DNA of 64,000 nucleotides from Octopus sinensis (GCF_006345805.1 NC_043006.1:59892001-59956000); one strand, 5' to 3'; shown: positions 1 to 12,055, numbered from the stretch's first letter. The notes: generated by a model not told the origin, from the letters alone. Numbers and translations: made by a program.

Positions 1-178
1 TCACTCCTATGCTTGTTTATATCTGTTTGACTGTGAATGTTTGCAAGTGTGTATTTGTGTTTCTTTCCCCAAAATGTCTGGCAGTGAATCTTTCTCTCAT
101 TCTTTCTCTCTCTCTCTCTCATAGATTGCAATTCTTTGGCACAACTACACCCAATAAGTATAAAGATGAATGTCAAAC

Positions 179-361
179 CTCTACAGCCTGCACAATATCT
201 GGTGCCGCCACATTGTAAGTGTCAAGAGTTTGAAGGTGTGCGATTCGATATATGACAAAGATTGAATAATTCCACAACAATGACACAGGGCTTGGCGAGT
301 AATTGGGATCTTTCAGAGATAAATTTTCTAACTGTGGTAGCTGACATAAGGGTGACAGGTC
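179..361 (-). CDS. LRRC9: LRRC9-like coding exon 6 (DLSPLCQLPQLENLSLKDPNYSPSPVSLLWNYSIFVIYRIAHLQTLDTYNVAAPDIVQAVE); gene continues beyond the window
   Basis: ttcAG acceptor, GTTTGA donor, 183 nt. DPxY..PV.LL.NYS and an LRRcap-like LxxLD match recalled LRRC9. Confidence 0.9.
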
Positions 362-397
362 CTGAAACAAAGAGACTTTTCATTAATAATTATGATG

Positions 398-440
<43 letters not shown>

Positions 441-475
441 TATTTCTTTATTGCTCACAGGGGGCTATAATAATA

Positions 476-681
476 TTCAGACAAATACATAACAAAAACA
501 CCAGGACTTACAAATATATATAACATACAGAAAATTGCACTACTTGGCACTGCACGCATCCTATGCAAAACACTTTCAATACAGTAACCATAAGAGCATC
601 AAACCAAACCATAGCACATACCCAAGGCACACAGAGCTGTGCTTGGTAGTGCAGTGAAAGCACGTTATAAAAAGAAAACTA

Positions 682-750
<69 letters not shown>
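476..750 (+). mobile_element. 3' fragment of an R4/Dong-like LINE ending in (AAT)n
   Basis: Nearly identical to the 3' end of the element at 41491-43530 (YNIQKIALLGTA region plus 3' UTR); followed by (AAT)n. Confidence 0.85.
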
Positions 751-751
<1 letters not shown>

Positions 752-969
752 GTTTCAAATTTTGGCCCAAGGCCAGCAATTTTAGGGAGGGAGAGGGGCC
801 TAGTCGATAACATTGGCCTCCCACTGATCAACTGGTACTTATTTTATCAATCCTGAAAGGATGAAAGGCAAGGTAGACCTTTATGGAATTTGAACATGGC
901 ACTACATACTTTGTCCAGCATGCTAATGATTCAGTCAGATTGCAGCTTTAATAATAATAATAATAATAA

Positions 970-1503
970 TATGGGACTTCCCCGTACAGACCGACAAGAC
1001 CATAAAAGCTAATAAACGGATATTATTATAAAAGATCAGACAAAAAAGATGTGTTTATTAATTGACATGAGTATCCCTTGCGATCACAATATAGCGGCAA
1101 AAGAATTTGACAAGATTAGTAAATATAAAGACCTGCTAATAGAAATTGAAAAAATGTGGCATCTCAAGGCGACTACAGTACCAGTGATTGTAGGATCTCT
1201 AGGAATGATAAAAAAAAGGTACTGAAACCAATTTGAAAATGATTCCAGGCTACAGGAAGTGCAAAAATTAACTGGAAAGGCTCATGTACTGAGAAGAGCA
1301 TTATCGCTGTGAAAACAACATCCATCCATGAATTTATTTATTTATTAATTTTTAAATACATATTTTATCTGTGAATTTGCGTGTGTAATCTGGGGAATGC
1401 ATACAATGAGCTTCTCTGCCCTAGGTGTATGGAAAACACTCGGCGAGAAACGGAAGAAAATTTGAAGAAAGAAGGAAAAAACATAATAATAATAAAAATA
1501 ATA
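970..1503 (+). mobile_element. 3' fragment of a second R4/Dong-like LINE family
   Basis: Reads WDFPVQTDKTIKAN..DIII..DMSIP..KYKDLLIEIEKMW..VPVIVGSLG (restriction-like endonuclease); AAT repeats on both sides. Confidence 0.8.
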
Positions 1504-1872
1504 ATGATTTCTTTTATTTGCCACCAGGGTGACGGATAAAGAGGGACAATACAAAGACAGACATAAAGTGTAGGGGTTTACATATAATGTGAAAAAAAAA
1601 AAGCATATACAGTATACATTAAAAGAAGGGATGTATACAAAGTATATGGCACTAGAAGAAAAAGTGATAGTGATGGGATTCTCCTGATACAGGAGGACCT
1701 CTATGGCTAATCGAGTTACTGTAGACATTTCAGAAATGCAATGGTAACAATAAAAATGAAAACATGGGGCCTTAAAAGTCTGAAAAGATTACAAACTCTA
1801 TTTCAACTTATGGAGCTTCAAATTTCTGTGACTTTACAGTATGGAAACCACAATGATAATAATAATGATGAT

Positions 1873-1908
<36 letters not shown>

Positions 1909-1920
1909 TAGTAATAAGAG

Positions 1921-3582
1921 CATGTCCCTTGATCCCTTATCTGGTGGGCAATGTGGAAACTGGGGATTGACGAATGGTTAATAAGGTCTGTACAGGCGCT
2001 ATACAGAGATGCCATTAGTAAGGTTAGGATTGGCAATGAGTATCGTGAAGAATTCCAGGTAGAAGTAGGGGTCCACCAAGGATCAGCCCCCAGCCCCCTC
2101 CTATTCATCATCGTCCTCCAGGCAATAACAGAGGAATTCAAAACAGGTTGCCCCTGGGAGCTCCTCTATGCTGATGACCTGGCCCTCATAGCAGAATCAC
2201 TACCAGAACTAGAGAAAAATTTCAGGTGTGAAAGCAAGGTTTAGAATCGAAGGGCTTTAGAGTCAATGTCGCAAAGACCTAAGTTCTAGTAAGTAGGAAG
2301 GCGAACATATCACACACCCCTTCAGGTAGGTGTCCCTGCTCAATCTGTAGAAAAGGTGGAGGTAGAAACTCCGTAAGATGCACCCAGTGTAAGCTATGGA
2401 CACATAAGAGGTGCAGCAACATCAGAGGAAGATTAACCGGGAAGACAGCTTTCGTGTGCAGCCAATGCAGAGGAGCAATAAACACCACAGGTGCTCAGAA
2501 AACAGATTCCATCATATGCCAGGGGAAAAAACTAGAAGTAGTCGATAGCTTTCGCTACCTAGGTGACCAAGTCTGTAGTGGGAGTGGATGCTCAGAGAGT
2601 GTTACCACTAGAATAAGAATAGCCTGGGCAAAGTTCAGAAAGCTTCATTCCCTACTGGTGACTAAAGACCTCTTGCTCAGAGTGAAAGGTAGATTGTATG
2701 ATGTGAAACATGGGCCATGACTGCTGAAGACATGCGCAGGCTCGAAAGAAATGAAGCTAGCATGATCCACTGGATGCGTAATGTCAGTGTGCATATACGA
2801 CAGAGTGTAAGCACCGTGAGAGAACAGTTAGACATAAAAAGCATCGGATGTGGCGCGTAAGAGAGACTTTGCATTGGTATGGTCATGTATGTACTGCGGA
2901 TGGACGAGGAAAGCTGTGTGAAGAAGTACCACTCCCAAACAGTGGAAGGAATCCAGGGTAGAAGGAGACCCAAGAAGACATGGGATGAGGTGGTGGAGCA
3001 TGACCTTCGAATGGTGGGCCTCACAGAGGCAATGACAAAAAACCGAGACCTCTGGAGGTATGTTGTGACTGAGAAGACCTGGCAAATAAAGTGAGTCCAC
3101 AGCTGTAACCACACCAGCGTCACATAACCAGCCCACTCAAAAGTACCTTGGATCGTAGGATGACATGCCATGCTTGAGGAGACCTATCGAGTCAAGTGCT
3201 TCAACATCAATATCAAAATCAAATCAAATTACAATCGAATGGAAATTGTAGTTATGACCCCCATGCCGGTGGCATATAAAAAGCACTATTCAAACATGGC
3301 TGATGCCAGTGCCGCCTTGACTGGCTTCCGTGCCAGGGGCACATAAAAAGCACCATCCGATTGTGGATGATGCCAGCTCCCCTGGCCCCTATGCTGGTGG
3401 CACATGAAAAGCACCCAGTCCACTCTTGGAGTGGTTGGTGTTAGGAAGGGCATCCAGCTGTAGAAACACTGCCAAATCACACTGGGGCATGGTGCAGCCT
3501 CCTGGCTTCCCAAACCCCAGTTGAACCATCCAACCCATGCCAGCATAGCAAATGGACGTTAAATGATGATGATGATGATGAT
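1921..3582 (+). mobile_element. 5'-truncated RTE-clade LINE (RT C-terminal half, 3' UTR with tandem subrepeats, (GAT)n tail)
   Basis: GVHQGS..SPLLF, LLYADDLAL, FRYLGD, RIAWAKF and GRRRPKKTW motifs with frameshifts and stops. Confidence 0.92.
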
Positions 3583-3902
3583 AATTGTTTCTAACAAAGG
3601 TACATAGCCTGAAACTCAAGAGGTACTTAATGTTACGACCCCAAAATGATGAAAGACAAATCTAGCCTGGATAAGATTAGAACCTAGAACTATTCAGCCA
3701 GCTCCAAGAAGCAGAAGTCACTTTAGTAGTTGGTATAAAAGGTAAAGGGAGAAGAAAACACAACTGTGGATGGAAGGTTGGAGCATATTGGTGAGCAACT
3801 TCATGCCATTCGCTTGGATAGCCTTTTTTTTGGCTGCAAGTCATACTAAACCATCCCATATTAAAGATTAGTGGGGAAGAGATTTCACAGCCCTTCTTAA
3901 TC

Positions 3903-4294
3903 TCTCTCTATATATAAAACTGAAGTTGTCTGTGTATGGCAGGTTTGGTAGCCTTCAACTAACACTATCTCCTCCGAGACCCTGTGGTGCAAGGTGTCCA
4001 AAATTGAGAGTATGATAGAAGAAGGCTTGCTCTTCCTTCCGTAGAAGAAAAAATTCAAATTGGACCATGTTAACACCAAAAATTATTTACATCAAAAAGG
4101 TGCTTTTTTTCTAAGAAAATCCCTATTTTTTACGATTTTTTGACTGCTGTGTCGCCATTTTTTGGTGTATTTCAACCAGAAAAATGTTCACTTAAAAAGA
4201 ATAACAAGTTGCATAATGCAAAATTTTTACTTTTCAAAAATTCCAATTCTAAAGGGTCGAAACAAACCTGAGCAATGCCGGGCGATACTACTAG
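3903..4294 (+). mobile_element. Non-autonomous Helitron-like element
   Basis: 5' TC..TATATATAAAACTG; 3' GC hairpin CCTGAGCAATGCCGGG, then CTAG|T. Confidence 0.75.
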
Positions 4295-4424
4295 TATGTT
4301 TATAATTATATTAGTAAGAAATTGAATAAAATAAAATACATAAATAAAAAGAAAAGAAAATCAAGAAGAAATAGAAGACAGACTTCTGGAAATTAGAACT
4401 TGGTAATCAACAATAATTACAAAC

Positions 4425-4495
4425 CTTTAGGAAAGTGATTTTATTTGCAGATAAATTCAAATTTTCTAGATTAATATTTTGTTGAAGACCTTTAC
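4425..4495 (-). CDS. LRRC9: LRRC9-like coding exon 5 (G-KGLQQNINLENLNLSANKITFLK)
   Basis: Found by reading. ccAG acceptor, GTTTGT donor, 71 nt; completes the phase-1 Gly codon from exon 4. LENLNLSAN resembles LERLNLSGN. Confidence 0.88.
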
Positions 4496-4881
4496 CTGGA
4501 TATAGAAATAGAATAGAATATGAAATTAAATAGGTCTTTCATGTGCCTGAGCACACACACACACATACACGTTTCTTGCATCAATAGAATATCTTATCAT
4601 TCTTTAAAAAAAGGCAGTGTGGTTGGGTGAGGGTAAAATTTCAAACATTTCACCTTTAAATTCTCACAGCCATGTTTTTATTTGACTCAGTCACATCAAT
4701 CACACACAACAGATCTTATTCTCTCTTTCCCCTCGCTCCACATTCTACATTCATACATACATACATACATACATACACACACACACATACATTCATGCCT
4801 TGGATCTAGGTTAGAAACTGGCTCTTTCTCTATTAGCAAGAAATCCTGAGATGAAACTGAATAATGACATACATACATACA

Positions 4882-5435
4882 TGGTGGCTGCCCCCTCGTT
4901 ACTGAGTATGGCCATTGCACGAAGCTTAATCAATGTTGTTATCGTGCAATGCCTGTGCAAGAAGATTTTATTTTAAAGTGAGGAAAGGCTGCGCACTGAG
5001 TCAATCCCACTCACTAAGCAACAGCAGCCATAATCCGAAAAGAAGAACAAGTCAACAACATCGGTAACCACAGAGCCGCAGGTTTAATGTCAGAGTTACC
5101 CCAGTTACCTGAGCTGCCTTCTCCGAGAAGGATGCCCTAACAAAGGCTAGGAGTCCTTCACTCCCAATGGTTTAACTGTACGATCGGGTATTCAGTCCGA
5201 TTATTTCTATGTCCCCGCGCATGATACAGCCGTAAGACATTTATTGGATGGCCGTTGACTCTCTTGAGTTCCTCCGCCCTTTGACGGGTTTTGTTATTCA
5301 TCCCGCAGGGTGTCCAACAAACACCCTCCTCACCAAGCAAGCTTGGTGTAGTTGCCGGTTTAGTTGCCGACGACCCGACCATGCAACAGGTTGTACTGGG
5401 TTACATGTTACCAGTAGCACTTGAAAGTGACCTGA
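4882..5435 (-). mobile_element. Non-coding, hairpin-rich element in an (ACAT)n tract; probably a non-autonomous RTE derivative
   Basis: GC-richer block bounded by ACAT repeats on both sides; hairpins such as CACCAAGC-AA-GCTTGGTG. Family assignment is inference. Confidence 0.4.
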
Positions 5436-6238
5436 CATATATACATACATACATACATACATACATACATAATCATTTTTCATTATCATTCCAGCTACAA
5501 AAAACCCCCCCCAAAAAATGGCTACATGCTAGAGTCTGAAATTATAAGAGATATTAATGTAACCAATAATTTCTTTATGGATGACCTCAAGATTTATGCT
5601 AAAAATGTTAACAATTTCAAAAAACAATTGGAATTAAGAACATTTTCAGCTGATATAGGAATGGAATTTGGGCAGAAGAAATCAGTCTCCCAGACACAAA
5701 ACCTGTGCATAAATGGTCTCACTATCTCTCTTGAAGAAGATAGTAACATTGGCATGAAGTGAAGCCGCTCTTCGACTCATGACCACTACATCACATTACA
5801 CTTTGAAGGCGATGCATTTGCAATCCAAGAAGAGGATATTGCTGCCAAATATCTAATCAACGTAAGAGACAGTGAAACTCTTGAAGTTTCAAGATGCAAC
5901 TGTAAATGTAGATTATGTCATATTCTTGTGATTAGCAGCTGCCCAAAAATGTCATCAAGGTACTACCTCCCTATGTGATATGATGTTGTAAAAACAACAT
6001 ACTATGCCATTCATAAAAAAGACTATTCTGGAATACATATAGAGTCCCCCTGTTATTGAATATGTATATAAATACCAGTACAAGGAATATTTCCCACCAG
6101 AACAGCTGTTAAGTGTAAGCATGACATGGTGGATATTGTTGTATGGGACAGACGAGAAAAACCTGTAGCGTCAAAGGGATCAGCTGTCTTGCTGATGTAA
6201 ATATCTCTTTGAAAATCAAAGAAAAAGAAGATAATGAT

Positions 6239-6406
6239 GCAGGAGTGGCTGTGTGGTAAGTAGCTTGCTTACCAACCACATGGTTCCGGGTTCAGTCCCA
6301 CTGTGTGGCATCTTGGGCAAGTGTCTTCTACTATAGCCTCGGGCCGACCAAAGCCTTGTGAGTGGATTTGGTAGACGGAAACTGAAAGAAGCCTGTCGTA
6401 TATATG

Positions 6407-6437
<31 letters not shown>

Positions 6438-7047
6438 TTGTGTGTCTGTGTTTGTCCCACTAGCATTGCTTGACAACCGATGCTGGTGTGTTTATGTCCC
6501 CGTTACTTAGCGGTTCGGCAAAAGAGACCGATAGAATAAGTACTAGGCTTACAAAAGAATAAGTCCCGGGGTCGAGTTGCTTGACTAAAGGCGGTGCTCC
6601 AGCATGGCCGCAGTCAAATGACTGAAACAAGTAAAGAGAAAGAGAAAGAGAGTGGCTGTGTGGTAAGTAGCTTGCTTACCAGCCACATGGTTCCGGGGTT
6701 CAGTCCCACTGCGTGGCACCTTGGGTAACTGTCTTCTACTATAGCCTCGGGCCGACCAAAGCCTTGCGAGTGGATTTGGTAGATGGAAACTGAAAGAAGC
6801 CCGTCGTATATATGTATATATATATATGTGTGTGTGTGTGTCTGTGTTTGTCCCCCCAACATCGCTTGACAACTGATGCTGATGTGTTTATGTCCCTGTA
6901 ACTTAGCAGTTCGGCAAAAGAGACCGATAGAATAAGTATTAGGCTTACAAAGAATAAGTCCTGGGGGTCGATTTGCTCGACTAAAGGCAGTACTCCAGCA
7001 TGGCTGCAGTCAAATGACTGAAACAAGTAAAAGAGTAAAAGAGAGTA
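6239..7047 (+). mobile_element. Two head-to-tail copies of tRNA-derived SINE family A (internal TA/TG microsatellite)
   Basis: A box TGGCTGTGTGG, B box GGTTCAGTCC, (GAGTAAAA)n-like tail. More than 12 copies in the window. Confidence 0.9.
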
Positions 7048-7218
7048 ACCATAGACAACTGTTTTGAAACCTCCAGCTTCTATATCTGGATTACATTTAT
7101 ACCAAATAATAATTGGAGTACTTGGTTTTGTAAGTACATGCTTAACTGCCAGTCTGCATAAGCTTGGATTTTCAGAAAAAGAAACACTTCAATCAGCTGA
7201 TATTACAATACAGTCTGT

Positions 7219-7651
7219 GGATCTTTTCGGTTTGAACAGCAGTTTTTAACATAATTTCTAGGTAACTAAAAAATTTTAAACTTCGTATACTGGTAGAACG
7301 TGTTTATAAAACATCTTTTTCTCTTGGCTTTATTGAGAAAATTCTATAGTTTGTAAGATATTTGTTATTTTTTTTCTTCAATTTCTGCAATTTCAACCAA
7401 TCGATGACGTCCATTGAGTTAAAAAGCATTCTGTGCCATATGAATAAGTCCCTCGTTTAAGAAACAGATTGGGTTTATTTACATTTGTGAAGAAAAAAAG
7501 ATACCCTTCCCCCCACTCCTAACCCTAACCCTAACTAACTCTAACCCTAAAAGAAATTGAAATGCAATAGATCGATTCTAGGGTCATAATTATGGGTGAC
7601 AATTTCATATGACACCGCTAGAAAAAACTGCCGTTCAAACCGAAAAGATAC
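7219..7651. mobile_element. MITE with ~27-bp TIRs, 8-bp TSD and internal (CCCTAA)n
   Basis: GGATCTTTTCGGTTTGAACAGCAGTTTT / AAAACTGCCGTTCAAACCGAAAAGATAC; flanks CAGTCTGT and CAGTCTGC. Confidence 0.85.
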
Positions 7652-8119
7652 CAGTCTGCAAGCAGAACAGTAAAACTAGGCAAGACTTTTCTCAGGTTTA
7701 AAATGTGACATTGTTTTCATTATCTACATTCCAAAGATAGACGTTTATATCTTTGTTGGAAACCAGCTCCTTCAGAGGAAGAATTTAAATGATTAAAAAT
7801 AGAAGAGACATACAGACATACATCTTTCACCCTACTCCCCACCTGCAACTTTTAACCCCATTCCTCACCATGCAACCACTCTCCACCACTCTCCTATCTA
7901 CTGTATTATTCTGAGGTGTTTGAATTGAAAACAGGGCCTGTTATTACATACTGTACCATATCACCATTTCTGTATAGCTAATCACCACTCCCTCTCCTCT
8001 GTGCAACCACCAATCAGCATCCATCTCTCATTTTTATTATCACCCATTCATATTTACCACTTAACCTCTGTTCACCATTTGCTTCATTCATCTCCTACAC
8101 ACACACACACACACAAGTT

Positions 8120-8725
8120 AGGTGTGGTTGTGTGGTAAGAAGCTTGCTTCCCAACCACATAGTTTCGGGTACAGTCCCATTGCGTGGCACTTTGAGCAAA
8201 TGTCTCCTAGTATAGCCTCGGGCCAACCAAAGCCTAGTGAGTGGATTTGGAAGACAAAAACTGAAAGACAAATGGAAAACAAGACAAGTAACATAAAGAA
8301 CGACCTTTCATCAGTTGTCAGCTGTTTATCTACTACACATATGTATGCATGTATGTATGTATGTATATATATATTGGTTGATGTTAGCCCCCTTCACCCT
8401 GACTTGCTCCTGTGCTGATGGTACATAAAAGGCACCATCCGAATGTGGCTGATGCCGGCACTGCCTTGATTGGCTCCTGTGCCGGTGGCATGTAAAGGCA
8501 CCATCCAAACGTGGGCAATGCCAGGCCCCACTGGCCCCTGTGCTGGTGGCATGTAAAAAGCACTCACTACACTCGCAGAATGGTTGGCATTAGGAAGGGC
8601 ATCCAGGTGTAGAAACACTGCCAGATCAGACTGGAGCCTGGTGCAGCCCCTGGCTTCCCAGACCCCGGTCGAACCGTCCAACCCATGCCAGCATGGAAAG
8701 CGGATGTTGAACTATGATGTTGATG

Positions 8726-8764
<39 letters not shown>

Positions 8765-9006
8765 GTGTGTGTGTGTGTGTGTGTATATAGAGTTTGTGTG
8801 TGTCTCTGTATCTGTCTCTCACCACCACTTGACAACTGGTCTTGGGTGTGTTTATGTCCCTGTAACTTAATGGTTCAGCAAAAGAGATTGATAGAATAAG
8901 TACTAGGCTTTAAAAAAAGAGTACTAGGGTTGATTCATTTGACTAAATATTCTTTAAGGTGTTTGTCCCAGCATGGCCACAGTCTAATGGCTGAAACAAG
9001 TAAAAG
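8120..9006 (+). mobile_element. SINE A copy with an RTE 3'-tail fragment (~8390-8726) nested in its internal microsatellite
   Basis: SINE head at 8120, SINE tail at 8800-9006, RTE 3' UTR with GAT tail between them. Confidence 0.8.
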
Positions 9007-9018
9007 AAAGATATATAT

Positions 9019-9568
9019 ATCATCATCATCGTTTAACGTCCGTTTTCCATGCTAGCATGGGTTGGACGGTTCGATCGGTGACTGGGAAGCCAGAAGGCTG
9101 CACCAGGCTCCAGTCTGATCAGGCAGTGTTTCTATAGCTGGATGCCCTTCCTAACACCAACCACTCCGTGAGTGTAGTGGATGCTTTTTACATGCCAGGC
9201 AAGGCTGGCAATGGCCACGATTGGTTGGTGCTTTTTATGTGCCACTGGCACGGAAGCCAGCCAAGACGGCGCTGGCATAGGCCACGTTCGGATGATGCTT
9301 TTTACGTGCCACCGGCAATTTCCATTGATTTTTGATGTACTTGACTCAATAGGTCTCCTCAAGCATCGCCTGGCACCAGTGCAGGTGGCACGTAAAAAGC
9401 ACCCACTACACTCACGGAGTGGTTGGCGTTAGGAAGGGCATCCAGCTGTAGAAACATTGCCAGATAAGACCGGAGCCTGGTGCAGCCCTCTGGCTTCCCA
9501 GATCCCCGGTCGAACCGTCCAACCCATGCTAGCATGGAGAACGGACGTTAAACGATGATGATGATGAT
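9019..9568. mobile_element. Two RTE 3'-UTR fragments joined head-to-head, forming an inverted repeat
   Basis: Begins (CAT)n-CGTTTAACGTCCG, ends CGGACGTTAAACG-(ATG)n; TA repeats on both flanks. Confidence 0.9.
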
Positions 9569-9853
9569 ATATATACACACATCTTATCTCCGCCACCCCA
9601 TGTTTATATCCATGTCACTCACTTCCCACAATAATACATCTTTATTCACCACTTTTCCTGATTCTTCTCTATCCACATTCTTTTAGACATGTTACCATGT
9701 GAGTACATTCTGCCACCTCATCCTCACTGTATTCACCTTTGTTTGAGCCTGATTCCAGTTACCCTTATTCACCTATATAATATATAAAGTAGCCATGAAT
9801 TTTCTCCACAAGCAGTAAACCTTCTTCCAGCCCCCACCCCCATCATACTTTAA

Positions 9854-10072
9854 CCATTTCGTTACCAACCCGGCTGAAACCGGCTCTGGCCCTGAGTACA
9901 AATGTCTCATTTTCATAAGTCTTGAATTAAAATCTTCCACCAAACTTTAGTTACAATTTATGTTCCTAACACTAGCTTAATGATAACTAAGTTATTTTAC
10001 TAATTCTTTGTTATATTTAAAGTAATTAAATGAAACACCGAGCATCTCAAAAGAAATACAGTAATGAAAGGG
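9854..10072. mobile_element. piggyBac-type MITE
   Basis: TTAA|CCATTTCGTTAC ... GTAATGAAAGGG|TTAA. Confidence 0.75.
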
Positions 10073-10786
10073 TTAACCTCTTAACATGTCACACAAAGCA
10101 ACCACCTTATCTCTAATCCTCCTTCTTAAATGAAGAGGCTCTTCAGACTTACAGGGCAATAATCTCATTAGTGTTGGTACCATAAAAAAAGCACCAGTAC
10201 ATTTTGTAAAGTGGCTGACATTATGAAAGGTAGCCAACTGAAGAAATTATCTTTTATCTTTTACTTATTTCAGTCATTAGACTGCAGCCATGCTGGAGCA
10301 CCAAGCAAGACATAGTTCCCCCATCTGTTCGGTCCTGTCAAAATATCCAGCCTATACTGCAATGGAAAGCACATGTAAAATGATATGATGACTTTAGTGG
10401 CAAAATAAAGTTTAGTGATGTGAGCTCAAACAATCCAGAATGAAATTTAGGTGCTAATATAAAAGAAACAGAAGGTGGCAAGCTGGCAGAGTTGTTGGCA
10501 TGTCAGGAAAATTGCTTAGAGGCATTTTGTCCATCCTTACATTCTGAGTTCAAATTCTGTCAAGGTTGACTTTGCTTTTCATCCTTTTGGAGTTGATAAA
10601 ATAAGTGCCAATTGAGTACTGGGGTCAAGGTAATCAATTCAACCCCTTCCCAAAACTTGCTAGACTTGTGCCAAAATTGGAGACCAGTATGAAAGAAACA
10701 CCAGTTATTATAGTGCTTACCTGGAATTGGATACAGATATTTAACAAGACAAGCATAGAAAGTGAATGTTCATTTGATAGATACAG

Positions 10787-10837
<51 letters not shown>

Positions 10838-11166
10838 ATATGTCAAGTAAATAGAAGCGGAAACCTTGTACAGAGGTTATATGGACAAATACTATATGGA
10901 TGTTGTGTGAATAGACATCATCATTATCATTGTTCTTACATCTAATTTTCCATGCTTGCATGGCTCAGATGCACTTTGTTGAGGTAGATTTTCTACAGCT
11001 TGAAGCTCTTCTTATTACCAGTCCTCACCTGTTTCCAAAAAAGGTAACATTTCTCAATGGTTAGACATGTTTTCCATGGAAGACTGGAAATAAACGACAC
11101 TTGTTTGCAACCACTGTGTAGTACTGTAACATGGGGATACCCCCCACCACACACAAATATACAATG

Positions 11167-11207
<41 letters not shown>

Positions 11208-11483
11208 TCATCATCGTTTAATGTTCGCCTTCCATGCTGGCATGGGTGGGATGGTTTGACAAGAGCTGGCCAGGCAGAAGCCAGCACCAGACTTCTGTAA
11301 CTGTTTTGACAGGATTTTTACAGCTGGATGCCCTTCCTGACACCAACCACTCAGCAGAGTGGACTTAATGTTTTTTACGTGACACAAACACAGGTGAGGT
11401 CAGGTTTAGCAAGGTATTTACAGCTGGATGTCCTTCTAAACGCCAACCACTTTACAGTGTGTACTGGGTGCTATTAAGTGGCA

Positions 11484-11520
<37 letters not shown>

Positions 11521-11562
11521 TTTGTATCTGGTTTGCAAGATTCTTGTTGAAGTAATTATGTT

Positions 11563-11664
11563 GTGTCTGGGAAGAATCATATTGTCTTAATGCCTTATTA
11601 TCTAACACACTGGTGAGTGTGTTAGATAACAACCCATTAAGATGACATGACTCTTCCCAGACAC
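11563..11664. repeat. Imperfect ~100-bp palindrome between (TA)n tracts
   Basis: GTGTCTGGGAAGA..TTATCTAACACACT-GGTG-AGTGTGTTAGATAA..TCTTCCCAGACAC. Confidence 0.85.
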
Positions 11665-11714
11665 TATATATATATATATATATATATGATTATATACATA
11701 TATAATTATATATA

Positions 11715-12055
11715 TATCTATAAAATAATATGTTACAATTACTCAATAGTCAAGATAAAACTCTGAGTTTCAGATGCCGAAGTGGAAATCCATAACACCA
11801 TCTCTTCGGTTATCTGGCCATCTGAAAAACGCTATACCTGGTAGATAACAGCAAGTGTAAAATAAAGATAGCGTTTTTCAGATGGCGAGATAACCGAAGA
11901 GATGGTGTTGTGGATTTCCACTTCGGCATCTGAAACTCAGAGTTTTATCTTGACTATTGAGTAATTGTAACATATTATTTTATAGATAAATTTCCTCTAT
12001 TTACATAATATTGACGTCTCTTTCTTTCTTCTGTTATCTTACCGTCTTTACCAAT
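11715..12055. mobile_element. Asymmetric fold-back element in (TA)n; Penelope pseudo-LTR-like
   Basis: 121-bp near-perfect inverted arms at 11715-11835 and 11868-11988, plus a ~65-bp unpaired extension. ATAATTATATATA on both flanks. Confidence 0.7.
11886..11952 (+). ncRNA. Candidate minimal type I hammerhead ribozyme (variant core); mirror copy at 11751-11817 (-)
   Basis: Helix I CGAGATAA/TTATCTTG; core CCGAAGA; helix II GATG..CATC plus an extra T; GAAA; helix III ACTC-A-GAGT; GUU site. Confidence 0.5.

Larger units (their letters stand above)
5500..7700 (+). mobile_element. Old, degenerate R4-type (RLE) LINE interrupted by two SINEs and a MITE
   Basis: FFMDDLKIYAKN..FSADIGMEFG RT motif, CRLC..SSCPKM zinc-knuckle region, IIIGVLG endonuclease end. 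Confidence 0.7.

Noticed and set aside
7517-7550. Telomere or fusion scar
   Set aside because: Short, degenerate and internal to a MITE.
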